Numbered from the stretch's first letter, positions 40,466 to 51,149 are shown. The stretch: 64,000 bases of DNA from an uncultured delta proteobacterium (GCA_963845145.1 CAWJQU010000001.1:1-64000), one strand, 5' to 3'. Program-made: numbers and translations. Notes: generated by a model from the sequence alone, not told the origin.

Positions 40466-42193
40466 TTAAGCAGGGCTTTTGGCTTCATCAAGAACTTTTT
40501 GGACGGTTCTTGCCAATTCCGCTCTACTAAAAGGTTTGTACACGATTGCACTGATTCCGATTTCTAAAAACAATTTTTCTGACATTTCTTTACCATACCC
40601 TGTGCAAATAATGACGGGTAAGTCGGGCCTGATTTTTATCAGCTCAAAAGCTAGCTTATCGCCGGTCATTTTTGGCATGGTCATGTCCGTAATGACTAAG
40701 TCAAACGTACTTGGCGCGACACGAAAAGTCTCCAGCGCCTCATGACTGCTGGTACTCGTGGTAACCTTATAACCAAGTTTCTCAAGTGTCATTCTGTTCA
40801 GTTTTACAATGGGTATTTCGTCGTCAATGATTAAGATATGCTTTTTGCCCTTCGGCAGCACATCCTGAGATATGCTGCCCGGCGTAAATTCATAATTTTC
40901 AAGCATAGGGAAAAATACGGTAAAGGTCGTGCCCTTTTGCCGTTGAGACATCACCAAGATTTGCCCTTTGTGTGCCTTTACGATCCCTTCAACCACTGCA
41001 AGTCCCAATCCGGATCCCTTGTCAGGTCCTTTGGTTGTAAAATAGGGTTCAAAAATTCGTTCGATATTTTCAGGGGAAATACCTTGACCCGTGTCGTTGA
41101 CACTAAGTTTGACATACTTTCCAGGCGGAAGGTTCGAGACGTTCTTTGCTTTACCATCAAGGGTAATGGTGTCTATGCCAATCGTCAGCTTCCCATCTTC
41201 GTTTTCCATCGCATGTGCAGCGTTGGTGCACAAATTAAGGATGATCTGATTGATTTGCGTTTCGTCTCCCATCATATAAGGGTCCACTGTCGAGCTTATA
41301 TCTAAATCTATTTCAATATTAGCAGGTATCGTCGACCTTAGCAGCCTTCTTGTTTCTTCGACCAATGCACCGATCCGTATTGGCACTAATTTTTGAGGCG
41401 CCTTGCGTCCGAAAGTAAGAATCTGCTGGACCAGAAGCGTTGCTCTTTTACCCCCGATCAGAACTTCTTCCAAATGATCTGCCAAATTGCTTCCTTTTTC
41501 CGCATCACAGAGTGCAAGCTCGGTAAAGCCGAGAACCGCCGCCAGAATATTATTAAAATCGTGCGCAATGCCACCGGCCAGTGTGCCGATGGCCTCCAGT
41601 TTATGGGCTTGCCGAATCTGATTTTCAAGATCCTTCTGTTCGGTGATATCGCTGACCACTGACCTGATCTGCTTGAAATCGTCACCTTTGTTGGTGATGG
41701 CCATACATTCCAAACGGGCATAAAACTCATGCCCTTCCTTTTTCACAAGCCGCAGTTCACATATTTGGGGCTCCTCTGTCTCCATAAACCGCTGTCGATG
41801 TTTATAGTAAATATCCTGGTCATCTTTCAGGATAAAGTGAGTGAAAGGCTTTCCGATCAAGGCACTCCGCTCTGTTCCTAAAATTGAGGCAATGGTGAGG
41901 TTGGCCTCTGTTATGATCCCCTTTTCGGTTCCTGTAAAATATCCTACCGGTGCAAAATCATAAAGATGAGAATAGCGATCCCGTGCCTGTTCAAGCTCAC
42001 CTTGAATGCGCCGGAGCTCTTCGTTTTGCATTTTCAGCTCAATCTGGTGTACGCGAAGCTCATGGATCAGGGACGTCTTCTCTTCGGAAGACATCCCCGA
42101 AAGATCATCATGGTCATCGGGCGTATCTTCCAACGCCTTTTCGGCAAGCCGCCTTAGTTTCAGACTGCCCACTGATATTTTTTCTTTCTCCAT
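40466..42193 (-). CDS. Hybrid PAS histidine kinase/response regulator (CheB/CheR-associated type)
   Basis: HELRVHQIELKMQNEEL, YDFAPVGY PAS, LAGGIAHDFNN H-box, C-terminal REC. Confidence 0.93.
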   Translation of the reverse strand: MEKEKISVGSLKLRRLAEKALEDTPDDHDDLSGMSSEEKTSLIHELRVHQIELKMQNEELRRIQGELEQARDRYSHLYDFAPVGYFTGTEKGIITEANLTIASILGTERSALIGKPFTHFILKDDQDIYYKHRQRFMETEEPQICELRLVKKEGHEFYARLECMAITNKGDDFKQIRSVVSDITEQKDLENQIRQAHKLEAIGTLAGGIAHDFNNILAAVLGFTELALCDAEKGSNLADHLEEVLIGGKRATLLVQQILTFGRKAPQKLVPIRIGALVEETRRLLRSTIPANIEIDLDISSTVDPYMMGDETQINQIILNLCTNAAHAMENEDGKLTIGIDTITLDGKAKNVSNLPPGKYVKLSVNDTGQGISPENIERIFEPYFTTKGPDKGSGLGLAVVEGIVKAHKGQILVMSQRQKGTTFTVFFPMLENYEFTPGSISQDVLPKGKKHILIIDDEIPIVKLNRMTLEKLGYKVTTSTSSHEALETFRVAPSTFDLVITDMTMPKMTGDKLAFELIKIRPDLPVIICTGYGKEMSEKLFLEIGISAIVYKPFSRAELARTVQKVLDEAKSPA

Positions 42194-42204
42194 TTCCGGC
42201 TCCT

Positions 42205-45153
42205 TTATGCCTCGACCAACCAGGCAAGATCCCGTTCGGTGGTCGCGATTTCAGTCAGCCGACCGCTTTCATCCGATAAAACAGTGCCGGTTAACCATAT
42301 ATCCAGAATTTTCCCGGCCTTTGTCTTTCGCTGACTTTTAAATGACTTTATGGGCTGCCCCTTCGTTATCTTTTCAATGAACGATTTTAACTCACTCTGC
42401 TTATCCTCCGGCACAAATTCGAAGATATTCATCTTGAGCGCCTCGGCTTCGGTCCAGCCATACATCTTATGCGCACCCTTATTCCAGGCAAGAATTTTTC
42501 CATCCAGACCCAGTACCATAACGGCATCATTGGAGTCCTTTAAAACAGTAGCCAGTCTTCTGATTTTATCCGCCTGCTTGACCTTGTGCACATCGACAAA
42601 GGTCATCGCCACCCCATCAATGACATTTTCAGAGGTACGGTACGGCATGACCTTTATGTTATACCAGATAAAATCTTTCGACTGAATTTCAATCTCTACA
42701 GTATTGAGGTCTTTGAGAACCTTTCCGGCCAGGCCGACCAGGTCGACATCCGGAAAATGGGTTTTTAGGTCACTAAGCGGCCGACCGATATCGGTCTGAA
42801 TCAAACTGATGATCCTGGCTGCGGTCGGGGTGTAACGTTTGATGCAAAGATCGGCATCCAGAAATATTGAGGCGATTTCAGTGGCGGCCAACAGATTGTT
42901 CATGTCGTCATTGGCTTTGGCAAATTCATCCACTTTATTTTGAAGTTCCGAATTCACCGTGGCCAGTTCCTCATTGGTGGATTGAAGCTCTTCTTTGGAC
43001 GTCTCCAGCTCTTCGTTGGTGCTTTGAAGTTCCTCGTTGACCGATTGCAGCTCTTCATTGGTAGATTTGAGCTCCTCATTGGAGGTTTCCATCTCCTCAA
43101 TGGTTGCCTGGAGATATTCCTTGGTCGATTGCAGTTCCTGCTCAAGGCCTTGCAGGGCCGTGTCCTGTTTTTTCACTTTAACCGCTCCGGTCTTTTTTTC
43201 ATCGGCTGCCTTCATAGGCGTTTTATCCTCAAACATGACCAGCATAACCCCGGGGGGCAGCCCCTTGTCTGTCATCTGTTTAACGGAGATGTCGATTATA
43301 CAAAACGCACCGTTATAGTTGACGCGCACGCTCTTGCAGGAACCGTCCGTTTTTTGCTGAACCGCCTTATGAAGCATTGTGGTCAGCGGATGTTTGATAT
43401 CCTCGCGGGCCATGTTCAGAATATTAAAGCTGGGCTTGCCTGGGCCCGGAACAAGATACCTGTCCGTTTTACCCACAAAATGTAGAATTTCATATCTGTC
43501 ACTAATTAGAACACCGGCGGGTGCATATTCGTCAAGGATGGCCTGTTCGGCCATCGTCTGGATGGCACTTGTTGCAGACAGCTTATCCTTTCCATCGGAT
43601 TCGACTTTTTGCTGAATGCCGGATTTGATTTCAGTAGGATAAGGGATGCCCATTCCCGCAAGGCCTATTTTGCGTTCAAAGAGTTTCCATTTGGAACTTA
43701 AGGCCTGAAAAAGGTCCGTATGTTCGCCGATGCTTTCGGATGTTCCCAGAAACAGAATCCCGCCGGGGTTTAAGGTATAATGAAACAGGGGGATGATCTT
43801 TTGCTGCAGGACTCTATCCATATAGATCATCAGATTGCGGCAGCTTGCCAGGTCCAGACGGGAAAAGGGGGGATCTTTTATGATATTTTGAATTGAAAAG
43901 ACGACCATGTCGCGGAGCTCTGCTTTGACCTTGAAAAACCCCTGCTCTTTTTTAAAGAACCGTCTTAATCGCTGGGGGGAAACATCCGCACCGATACTAT
44001 CCAGATAGATTCCCTTGCGGGCGGCATCCAGGGCCGCTGCATCGATATCTGTTGCAAAGATTTGAACATTGAAATATTTTTTTACTGCATCCATCGCTTC
44101 GCAAAGAATCATGCCGAGCGAGTAGGCTTCTTCACCGGTGGAGCAGCCCGCAACCCAGAAACGGATCGTCGTGTCAGGCTCTTTTGCGCTCAACAACTCC
44201 GGCAGCATCTTTTGCGCAAGCACATCATAGGCTTCCGTGTCCCTGAAAAAGCTGGTCACCCCGATGACCAGGTTATTAAAGAGTATGTCTATCTCGGCAG
44301 GATATTTCTGGAGGTAAAGAATGTAATCGGGCAACCCTTTTATCTGGTGGACCGCCAGGCGTCGTTCAATCCGCCGGGCAATGGTGTTTGGTTTGTAATG
44401 GGAAAAATCGTGGCCGGTTTTGCTGCGGATCAGTGAAAAAATCTTTTGTATCTGGTTTTTAACCGGTGGTTCTGCGAGTTTGATTTTATCCAGTGCCTCA
44501 AGAAAAGGGTGCCGCGCATACTGGATCAGCGCTTCCGGCATCTTTTCAACCGGAAGGATAAAATCGGCAAGTCCGGTCTCAATAGCACTTTTGGGCATGC
44601 CGTCATATTTGGCCGTTTCCGGCTGCTGGACCATGACCATGCCGCCTTCACCCTTGATCGCTTTTATTCCCAGGGTGCCGTCTGATGCCGTTCCCGACAT
44701 AATAACGCCGATGGCTTTTTCGTCCTGGTCTTCTGAAAGCGATCTGAAAAAGAAATCAACCGGCATGTTGATCGTGCTGGTTTTTACCGGTTCCAGAAGA
44801 TGTAGGCAGCGGTTGAAAATGGCCACGTTCTTGCCCGGGGGATTCAGATAGACATGGTTCGGTTCAATCTTTGTGCCGTCTTCAATCTGCGCGACTGTCA
44901 TCTGGGTGTGTTTATCCACGAGTGAAGCCATGATGCTCTTGTGTTGCGGGCTTAAGTGCTGGATAACCACAAATGCCAGGTTGCTGTCTGGTGGCATGAT
45001 GGAAAAGAAAGCATTTAAAGTCTCTAATCCACCGGCGGAAGCACCAATGCCGACGATGGGGGCGTCGATGCCTTCTTTTTGTCTTTCCTCTTGCTTAACC
45101 TTTTTTAAAGACTTCTTTTTGGCGGGCGCTACTTTTTTATTTTTTGTCGGCAT
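42205..45153 (-). CDS. CheB methylesterase-CheR methyltransferase fusion with coiled coil and PAS domains
   Basis: IVGIGASAGGL, QHLSP, SGTASDG, VTSFFRD, WVAGCSTGEEAYS, CRNLMIY, and EELQSTNEEL repeats. Confidence 0.95.
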   Translation of the reverse strand: MPTKNKKVAPAKKKSLKKVKQEERQKEGIDAPIVGIGASAGGLETLNAFFSIMPPDSNLAFVVIQHLSPQHKSIMASLVDKHTQMTVAQIEDGTKIEPNHVYLNPPGKNVAIFNRCLHLLEPVKTSTINMPVDFFFRSLSEDQDEKAIGVIMSGTASDGTLGIKAIKGEGGMVMVQQPETAKYDGMPKSAIETGLADFILPVEKMPEALIQYARHPFLEALDKIKLAEPPVKNQIQKIFSLIRSKTGHDFSHYKPNTIARRIERRLAVHQIKGLPDYILYLQKYPAEIDILFNNLVIGVTSFFRDTEAYDVLAQKMLPELLSAKEPDTTIRFWVAGCSTGEEAYSLGMILCEAMDAVKKYFNVQIFATDIDAAALDAARKGIYLDSIGADVSPQRLRRFFKKEQGFFKVKAELRDMVVFSIQNIIKDPPFSRLDLASCRNLMIYMDRVLQQKIIPLFHYTLNPGGILFLGTSESIGEHTDLFQALSSKWKLFERKIGLAGMGIPYPTEIKSGIQQKVESDGKDKLSATSAIQTMAEQAILDEYAPAGVLISDRYEILHFVGKTDRYLVPGPGKPSFNILNMAREDIKHPLTTMLHKAVQQKTDGSCKSVRVNYNGAFCIIDISVKQMTDKGLPPGVMLVMFEDKTPMKAADEKKTGAVKVKKQDTALQGLEQELQSTKEYLQATIEEMETSNEELKSTNEELQSVNEELQSTNEELETSKEELQSTNEELATVNSELQNKVDEFAKANDDMNNLLAATEIASIFLDADLCIKRYTPTAARIISLIQTDIGRPLSDLKTHFPDVDLVGLAGKVLKDLNTVEIEIQSKDFIWYNIKVMPYRTSENVIDGVAMTFVDVHKVKQADKIRRLATVLKDSNDAVMVLGLDGKILAWNKGAHKMYGWTEAEALKMNIFEFVPEDKQSELKSFIEKITKGQPIKSFKSQRKTKAGKILDIWLTGTVLSDESGRLTEIATTERDLAWLVEA

Positions 45154-45446
45154 GATCGTTGCCTTTATAGATGAAAAAGATTCAGACTATGGATCGAAAG
45201 GTGGCGTTACTGAATTTTCGCCCTTATGCAGATAGCATCATTCTCTCGATTTGATTTAAAAAGTAATTTTAGAAGAATTATTTTTTGTCAGAAAAACAAA
45301 TTGTATTAGATTATTGGCCTTCTTCGTCGGCACCCCCAAATTTTTTATCGGAATCGATACATGGGTTTATTAAGAGCTTTAGCCTTCGATCTTCACTTTC
45401 TAGGGTCTTTTTTTCTTCGTTCCCGGACCGGGGGGGGAAGTGCGGG

Positions 45447-45740
45447 CTATCCGACGCTGTTGCCAGTTTTTTTTAAATTTTCAAACTGGTGCAACTTCTC
45501 TTCAAACTCCCTATTTTCATTGGCCACTCTTTCCAGTTTTTCACGCAGCAATTGATTGAATAGCTCCAGGTCCTCGGTCGACATTTCTTCCTCCGGTTCA
45601 GGATTAGAATTAGAATTAGAATTAGAATTAGATCTCGATACTTCTCCCTTCTCTACGGGATAATTCTTTGCTGCAAACAACCAGACTATGGAACATTTTG
45701 AGGCTGTGGCCAGCCTTATCGCATAATCGCCATAAAGAGT
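45447..45740 (-). pseudogene. Remnant of an XRE/phage repressor-like gene containing a hexamer microsatellite
   Basis: GDYAIRLATASKCSIVWLFAA resembles the end of an HTH_XRE domain; divergent from the cII-like gene. Confidence 0.45.
45603..45632. repeat. (ATTAGA)x5 microsatellite
   Basis: attagaattagaattagaattagaattaga, encoding SNSNSNSN on the minus strand. Confidence 0.9.
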
Positions 45741-45954
45741 GCCCGTTAATGCAGGATATATTTGTAACCCAATTTTTTTCCATAGTCAATACCCATAGTT
45801 ACGTCTTTTTTTGGACAGGTTCCACTATATCCACGGTGGACAAATCCCACCACCTCGCCACAGGCACAGGCGGATCATGAAATCCACGGCGGATAAGTAA
45901 GAGGTGAGCATGCGCCCCAAACAGATGTCCTTATTTAACACGCCCACCCTCAAT

Positions 45955-47223
45955 GAGACTATGAAACTACGGGTATCCCTCCCGGGTTGGAAAATGGTAA
46001 TGTTTTTTTGCCATAAAAACAAACCCAACCCAGAAAGGAGATACCCAAATGAACTATATCGGAGTAGATTGTCATATTTCAAGTTTAGATTTTGCGGTGG
46101 TCAATGAAAGGGGAACTACGACTAAAAAAGCGAAAGTGAATACGGGTGTTAAGGAATTTATTGGTTTTGTAAAAAGCGTGTCCAAGCCCAGAAGAATTTT
46201 CATAGAAGAGGGTGAACTGGCGGGATGGCTTCTTGAAACGAGTTTAAAATTTGGCGAGCGATTAATTATTACCGATCCCAAGATCAACAAATGGATCGGC
46301 AAAGCGGGCCAAAAGGATGACACGATCGATGCCGAGAAGCTGGCTCAGTTAGCCAGGGGCAGATATATCAAGGCGATTTATCATCCTGTGGATAAACGAA
46401 GACGGTTCAAAGAACTGGTATTCGCCTATCATGATACGGTAAAGAGCCAGACCAGGATTAAAAACAAAATAAAAGCCAGTTTCAGAAAAAACGGGATACG
46501 GTGTAGTGGCGTGACCGTATATTCTGATAAGTACAGGGATAAATGGCGAGAGCAGCTTTCGGAAAATAAGATTACCCATTTGATCGTAGAGGAATTATGG
46601 ATTCAGCTGGACCAACTGCATGCGTCTAAGGAGAGGCTTAAAAGGAATATTAGAATCCAAAGCAAGCGGTACCCTGAGATAAAGCGGTTCATGGAGATAC
46701 CCGGGATAGGCCTGATCCATGCTGCGACCATATCAGCAATAATAGAGACGCCACATCGATTTGCCAATAAAAAGAAACTATGGATGTATGCAGGCGTTGG
46801 TCTTATGGAGACGCAGTTCGGGGGAGAGGGTATACTCAAGAAAGTTAACAAGAGAGTATAACCGTCCTTTGAAAAATGCAATAAAGCAGGCTGTCCGAGG
46901 CATCGATTTATGCTAATGACAATCAGTTCAGAAGACAGTACCTGAGATTGACACTTGAAAAAGGGAATTGCATCTCACAAGGCCAAGCTAACCGTGGCAA
47001 GGAGTATGTTGGCCGCATTATATGGGATGTGGAAAAAAGGAGAAGAGTATGATCCCGAGATAGATATTAAAAGGAAAAGCGAAGAAAAAAAGTAAATTCG
47101 TGCGTATCATTTTGCCAAGGCATGTTTAGGTATATCAACCAGCGATCGATACGCACGGAAGAGGGAAAGTATCAGCGATATATTGGCCCTTAAGGTCCTA
47201 TTACACAATGAGTATGCACCCAT
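45955..47223 (+). mobile_element. IS110-family insertion sequence (about 1269 bp) inserted at an AT core
   Basis: Junctions ccctcaAT|gagact and gcacccAT|atttcacg. Removal restores a sequence matching the empty copy at 24345-24365 (ccatcaatatttcccg). Confidence 0.82.
46049..47095 (+). CDS. IS110 family transposase (two +1 frameshifts near 46811 and 46895)
   Basis: YIGVDCH, E and KDDTIDAEKLA DEDD residues, IPGIG. Corrected frame gives ERSSG and ends ...GEEYDPEIDIKRKSEEKK*. Confidence 0.92.
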
Positions 47224-47571
47224 ATTTCACGACCATTAAAAGCAGCGATGAATGGGGCCGCAAAACAGTGAGGTCTATCGAGCGATAAAATCGTAGACTG
47301 CATGAACGACCTTTCCGATCGATACGGCGTATCCTTGGTCAACGGCAACGCCCGCAAACTCAAGCTCGAAACCTTTGCCAAATAGTTCAATCCTGAAGAC
47401 AAATCACGCCAGATCCCGGTCAAAGCCTCCAGTGTTTTGTGCGGACGTTAACAGCGCCGAACATATTATTAGGAGTGCATTGCGGGGAACAGTCCAATGA
47501 AATACATCGGCGGTAAATCGAAATTGGCCAATCAGATCAACGGCATGATGCCGGAACATCAAGGGTATTGC

Positions 47572-47878
47572 AAGACGCGTTCGGAGCGTTCAATATCAAA
47601 CCCGTAACGCTCAAATATACGACACCGATCGGACCCTCAACCAAAGGCAAGGAGCTGATGGCCACCAATTATTAACCTATAAAACCAGCAAAAAAGAGCC
47701 TGTCGAGACCGTTTCTTGGCTGGCGGACGGATAGTGGAGAACGGAAAAGTACACTAAATGGAGCAAAATAATTTTCGGTCCGCAACTGTGTGAGTTATAT
47801 TACCTTTTTAAACCAAAAGGTTACGGATAATATTTTCAGTTTACCCGCCTCTGGAACAAAAGCGAGCCGACTAGATAA
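47572..47878 (+). repeat. About 307-bp repeat copy 2 (dam 3' end, non-coding end, truncated attI-like site)
   Basis: Homologous to 24618-24924. Confidence 0.9.
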
Positions 47879-48042
47879 CATCCCTATATGGCACGTAAAC
47901 GAGCCACTTTTGTGAAATAATAAGTAATGTTGAAATAAGTTAATATAGCGGTATCCCACTAATATATCAAAACATTCATGCAGTTTCTTGTATTTTTCAG
48001 TATTATTGACTATGGTAGCTGAGATCTGAGTCTGGGCTCTCA

Positions 48043-48082
48043 GGAACGAAAACAAGCCGATTAGATAATATTAATGTTAGCC
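48043..48082 (+). other. attI-like site with intact GTTAGCC core
   Basis: ggaacgaaaacaagccgattagataatattaatGTTAGCC; no hairpin. GTTAGCCCT is the exact complement of AGGGCTAAC that closes the next cassette. Confidence 0.72.
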
Positions 48083-48098
48083 CTCAAAGGAGAAGAAA

Positions 48099-48713
48099 TT
48101 GAATATCGAAATTTGGATTTCGTTTATTTTTGCCTCATTGATTTTGTGCTTTTCGCCTGGACCTACTGTTTTTCTTGTTATGGGGCAATCCTTGAATCAT
48201 GGCAAGAAGTCTGTTGTACCTTTGGTGACAGGTGTTCTTTCTGGTGACCTGGTCGCTATGAGTTTATCGTTCGCTGGTTTAGGTGTTTTGTTAGCCACAT
48301 CAGCAATGTTGTTCAATATATTTAAATGGGTCGCCGCAGCTTATTTGTTTTATCTTGGTATAAAAGCATGGCGCACAAAAATAAATGCAGAAAAATTTAA
48401 AACTATGTCTATTAAAAAAGGCAGGATGTTCAAGGATTCCTTGCTTGTAACAGCTTTGAACCCAAAAGGCATAATTTTTTTCTGCGCTTTTTTCCCATTG
48501 TTCATAGATGCTAAAAAGGCAGTTATACCTCAAATGACAATTTTGGCAGTATCGTTCTTACTTGTTTCAGTTGCAAGTACCACGTTTTACTCTACGTTTT
48601 CCGGCTATTTAGGCAGTAAAGTTAAATCGCCAAGGTTTCAAAGTACTTTCAACAAAGCAATCGGGACAATGTTAATGGGTGCTGGTGCAGTTACAGCATC
48701 AGTTCAAAAATAA
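48099..48713 (+). CDS. LysE/RhtB family translocator (gene cassette)
   Basis: FSPGPTVFLV, FKWVAAAYLFYLG and LNPKGIIFF motifs. Confidence 0.92.
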   Translation: MNIEIWISFIFASLILCFSPGPTVFLVMGQSLNHGKKSVVPLVTGVLSGDLVAMSLSFAGLGVLLATSAMLFNIFKWVAAAYLFYLGIKAWRTKINAEKFKTMSIKKGRMFKDSLLVTALNPKGIIFFCAFFPLFIDAKKAVIPQMTILAVSFLLVSVASTTFYSTFSGYLGSKVKSPRFQSTFNKAIGTMLMGAGAVTASVQK

Positions 48714-48714
48714 G

Positions 48715-48802
48715 GGCTAACAAGGAAAATGCACTCGGACGGCAAAAAGCGCCGCTCGTTCCTCACTCTGCTTTTTGCCGCCGGTGATTTGCGGCGTTAG
48801 CC
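48715..48802 (+). other. attC site (well preserved)
   Basis: GGCTAAC...aaat(g)cac(t)cgg(a)cggcaaaaagc / gctttttgccgccggtgattt...GTTAGCC. Confidence 0.9.
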
Positions 48803-48831
48803 ATGTCGAATACAAAAATAGAGGTGTAAAC

Positions 48832-49245
48832 ATGTTAAAAAAAGCATTTTTGATATTCCTTTTTATTATGCTGATTTTCTCATTCGCCAACGCTTATGAT
48901 CTTGCCACTGAGATATCGAAAAACAATGGAAAGGTAGCATTGTCATCAGTGGGGTACGCGAAATTGGGCCTTATTAAAATTAGCACTAGTTCAAAAGGCA
49001 TGATTTCCCTAAATGGAACAATTTCCGTTAATGGAAAAGCAAATATAGTTATGTGGGCAAAAGTTGATGGGAATTATTACTTTTCGAAGCTACCCTCTTT
49101 GCAAAATATGATTAATCAGAAAGATGTTAACTTTAAAATCCCATTTAATGCCGCTGAAAAGACTATCACTGAAGTAATATTGGAAGTTGAATTATTGGGG
49201 AACGGCAATATAGAGATCGATAATATAAAACTAATTAATGGCTAA
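48832..49245 (+). CDS. Hypothetical exported protein (gene cassette; its attC is truncated after ATGGCTAAC)
   Basis: Signal peptide MLKKAFLIFLFIMLIFSFANA. The stop codon lies in ATGGCTAAC, the complement of the cassette start GTTAGCCAT. Confidence 0.8.
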   Translation: MLKKAFLIFLFIMLIFSFANAYDLATEISKNNGKVALSSVGYAKLGLIKISTSSKGMISLNGTISVNGKANIVMWAKVDGNYYFSKLPSLQNMINQKDVNFKIPFNAAEKTITEVILEVELLGNGNIEIDNIKLING

Positions 49246-49322
49246 CCTTATTCGATATATACGTACAAAATTCAGGTAATAAACAGTGAGCTTCCTTCAA
49301 ATTTATTGAGGAGATTTTCTCT

Positions 49323-49784
49323 ATGCGTTCTATTAAAAGCCAATTGAATCTTTGCATTTGGTCTATATTTTTGATGATTGGATTTGCAGTTCCGGCTCTT
49401 GCTGCAGCGAATGCTGACGGCGCCGACCCTCAAAACACAACGAACCCCCATCATTTTATCGCCATCTATTTTCATACGACGCTGCGTTGCCCCACCTGTC
49501 ACAGAATTGAGACCTTGTCGGAAGAGGCGATAAAAAGGACCTTCGCTAATGAGTTGGAAACCGGGACGCTGGTCTGGCGAGCCATCAACGTAGATGAGTC
49601 TGAAAACAAACATTATAATGCTGATTATCAGCTGTTTACAAAATCTGTTATCATTTCCGAAGTAAAGGATGGAAAGGAGATTCGGTGGAAAAATCTTGAC
49701 AAAATTTGGGTGCTGGTGAGAGATGAAGAGGCCTTTTCCCAGTATGTTACATCAGAAATAAACGCTTGGATGACGCCGGAATGA
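49323..49784 (+). CDS. arsF: ArsF-family thioredoxin-like protein (nitrophenyl compound nitroreductase subunit family)
   Basis: AIYFHTTLRCPTCHRIE...WKNLDKIW, with a signal peptide. Confidence 0.8.
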   Translation: MRSIKSQLNLCIWSIFLMIGFAVPALAAANADGADPQNTTNPHHFIAIYFHTTLRCPTCHRIETLSEEAIKRTFANELETGTLVWRAINVDESENKHYNADYQLFTKSVIISEVKDGKEIRWKNLDKIWVLVRDEEAFSQYVTSEINAWMTPE

Positions 49785-50479
49785 TAGACTTCGGCGTTTC
49801 TCAGATTGGCTCCGTTATTTGGCTGGGTATTCTGACTTCCATCAGCCCCTGCCCTCTTACGACCAACATTGCTGCAACAAGCTTTATCGGCCGGCAGATC
49901 CAATCGCGGTATGCCATCGTAATTGCCGCTGTGGCCTATACCCTCGGTCGGACCCTTTGCTACATAACCATCAATCTAATTATCGTTGCCGGATTGATAT
50001 CGATTCCCGGGGTCGCCAATTTCCTTCAACTGCGAATGAATCAAATCCTCGGGCCGATATTGTGCATTACCGGCTTGTTTATCCTGGGACTTGTTCCGTT
50101 GAAAGTGCCGAGTTTCAGCCTTGCCAACGAAAACCTTCAAAAACTTGGCAAAAACGGTTTTTTCGGGGCTATTTTACTCGGTTTTCTATTTGCCCTGTCA
50201 TTTTGTCCAATATCAGCGGCATTGTTCTTCGGTAGCGTGATTCCCCTGGCCATAAAAAGTCACTCCTGGTTATTGTTTCCGTTTTTATACGGCGTCGGCA
50301 CTGCCATACCGGTCATCGGAGTTGCGTTTGCCATGGCCTACAGCACACGGATGGCCGGCATTTTTCTTGATCGGCTCTCCCGGGTCGAGCGCTGGCTTCG
50401 CAGAGTCACCGGAATCCTGTTTATACTGATCGGCGTTTATTTTTGCCTTAAATATATTTTTCGGATTATCAATTTTTAA
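49781..50479 (+). CDS. arsG: ArsG-family aromatic aminobenzylarsenical efflux permease (CcdA-like)
   Basis: LGILTSISPCPLTTNIAA and FALSFCPISAALFFG motifs. Confidence 0.82.
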   Translation: MIDFGVSQIGSVIWLGILTSISPCPLTTNIAATSFIGRQIQSRYAIVIAAVAYTLGRTLCYITINLIIVAGLISIPGVANFLQLRMNQILGPILCITGLFILGLVPLKVPSFSLANENLQKLGKNGFFGAILLGFLFALSFCPISAALFFGSVIPLAIKSHSWLLFPFLYGVGTAIPVIGVAFAMAYSTRMAGIFLDRLSRVERWLRRVTGILFILIGVYFCLKYIFRIINF

Positions 50480-50729
50480 TGCCTTTCTAAAAGAATCATT
50501 GATATTATTTATCTCAACATTTTCAATATTCACATGGTATATTTCATAGTAAACTTATTTTTAAGCTTTTCGAAAGGCGCAGGGATAAACCCGCCGCCGG
50601 TTATGTTTTTCATGACCTGTCTATCGCCAACTATGATATCTGTAATCAAGCTTTTGTCTGCTTTAAAGTTTTCCGCGAAATTTTATGGGTTATAGAAATT
50701 GTCTGCTTTTTGACCCAATTATGGGTGTT

Positions 50730-50763
50730 AACAAGACGTCTATCGAATATCAATGTTATAACC
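50730..50763 (+). other. attI-like site (diverged copy)
   Basis: aacaagacgtctatcgaatatcaatGTTATAAC aligns without gaps to 48051-48082. GTTATAACCT is the complement of AGGTTATAAC at 51157-51166. Confidence 0.65.
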
Positions 50764-50774
50764 TGGTCGATGCT

Positions 50775-51149
50775 ATGGAATTAATATGCCCCAGTCTAAA
50801 TCGTGAAGAAGAGGCATCAACACATAGTATTGCTGGAATTGTTCCCAAGATAGCAAATAAAGAAAATCCATTCGTTATCCCCGAGAAAGATGAAATGACA
50901 TATATGCAGGGCCTTTGGGCACCAAAAGGTTATGATCTCGAATATCAAGAAGGAAATGTTTTTGAACACTATTGGCTCAAAGAATTGACAACTCAAGATG
51001 ACGTAATTTGGGCTCTTCAGTCCTATCTGAAGAAAGAACATTACTGGAAAACAAAATTCAATTTTGATAAGAAAGATATAGCAACTCCGAGCCATAAAAT
51101 CGGATTTAAATTGGTGGCCTTTTTTGGTAGGCTATTTAAAAACTTATAA
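50775..51149 (+). CDS. Hypothetical protein (gene cassette)
   Basis: ORF MELICPSLN...; start placed downstream of the GTT crossover; followed by attC. Confidence 0.7.
   Translation: MELICPSLNREEEASTHSIAGIVPKIANKENPFVIPEKDEMTYMQGLWAPKGYDLEYQEGNVFEHYWLKELTTQDDVIWALQSYLKKEHYWKTKFNFDKKDIATPSHKIGFKLVAFFGRLFKNL

Larger units (their letters stand above)
45910..47675 (+). pseudogene. Phage-derived module copy 2: cII-like gene interrupted by IS110, followed by an internally deleted dam-family methylase
   Basis: MRPKQMSLFNTPTLN resumes after the IS as ISRPLKAAMN...MNDLSDRYGVSLV. Then NSPMKYIGGKSKLA...PEHQGYC is joined to FGAFNIKPVTLKY...GKELMATNY*. Confidence 0.72.

Noticed and set aside
42954..43145. 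Repetitive DNA in the CheB/CheR gene
   Set aside because: Encodes the ordinary EELQSTNEEL heptad coiled coil of this family.
47224..47480. Long 3' non-coding region of the IS110 (IS1111-type)
   Set aside because: It translates as the continuation of the interrupted cII-like gene, so the IS ends at 47223.
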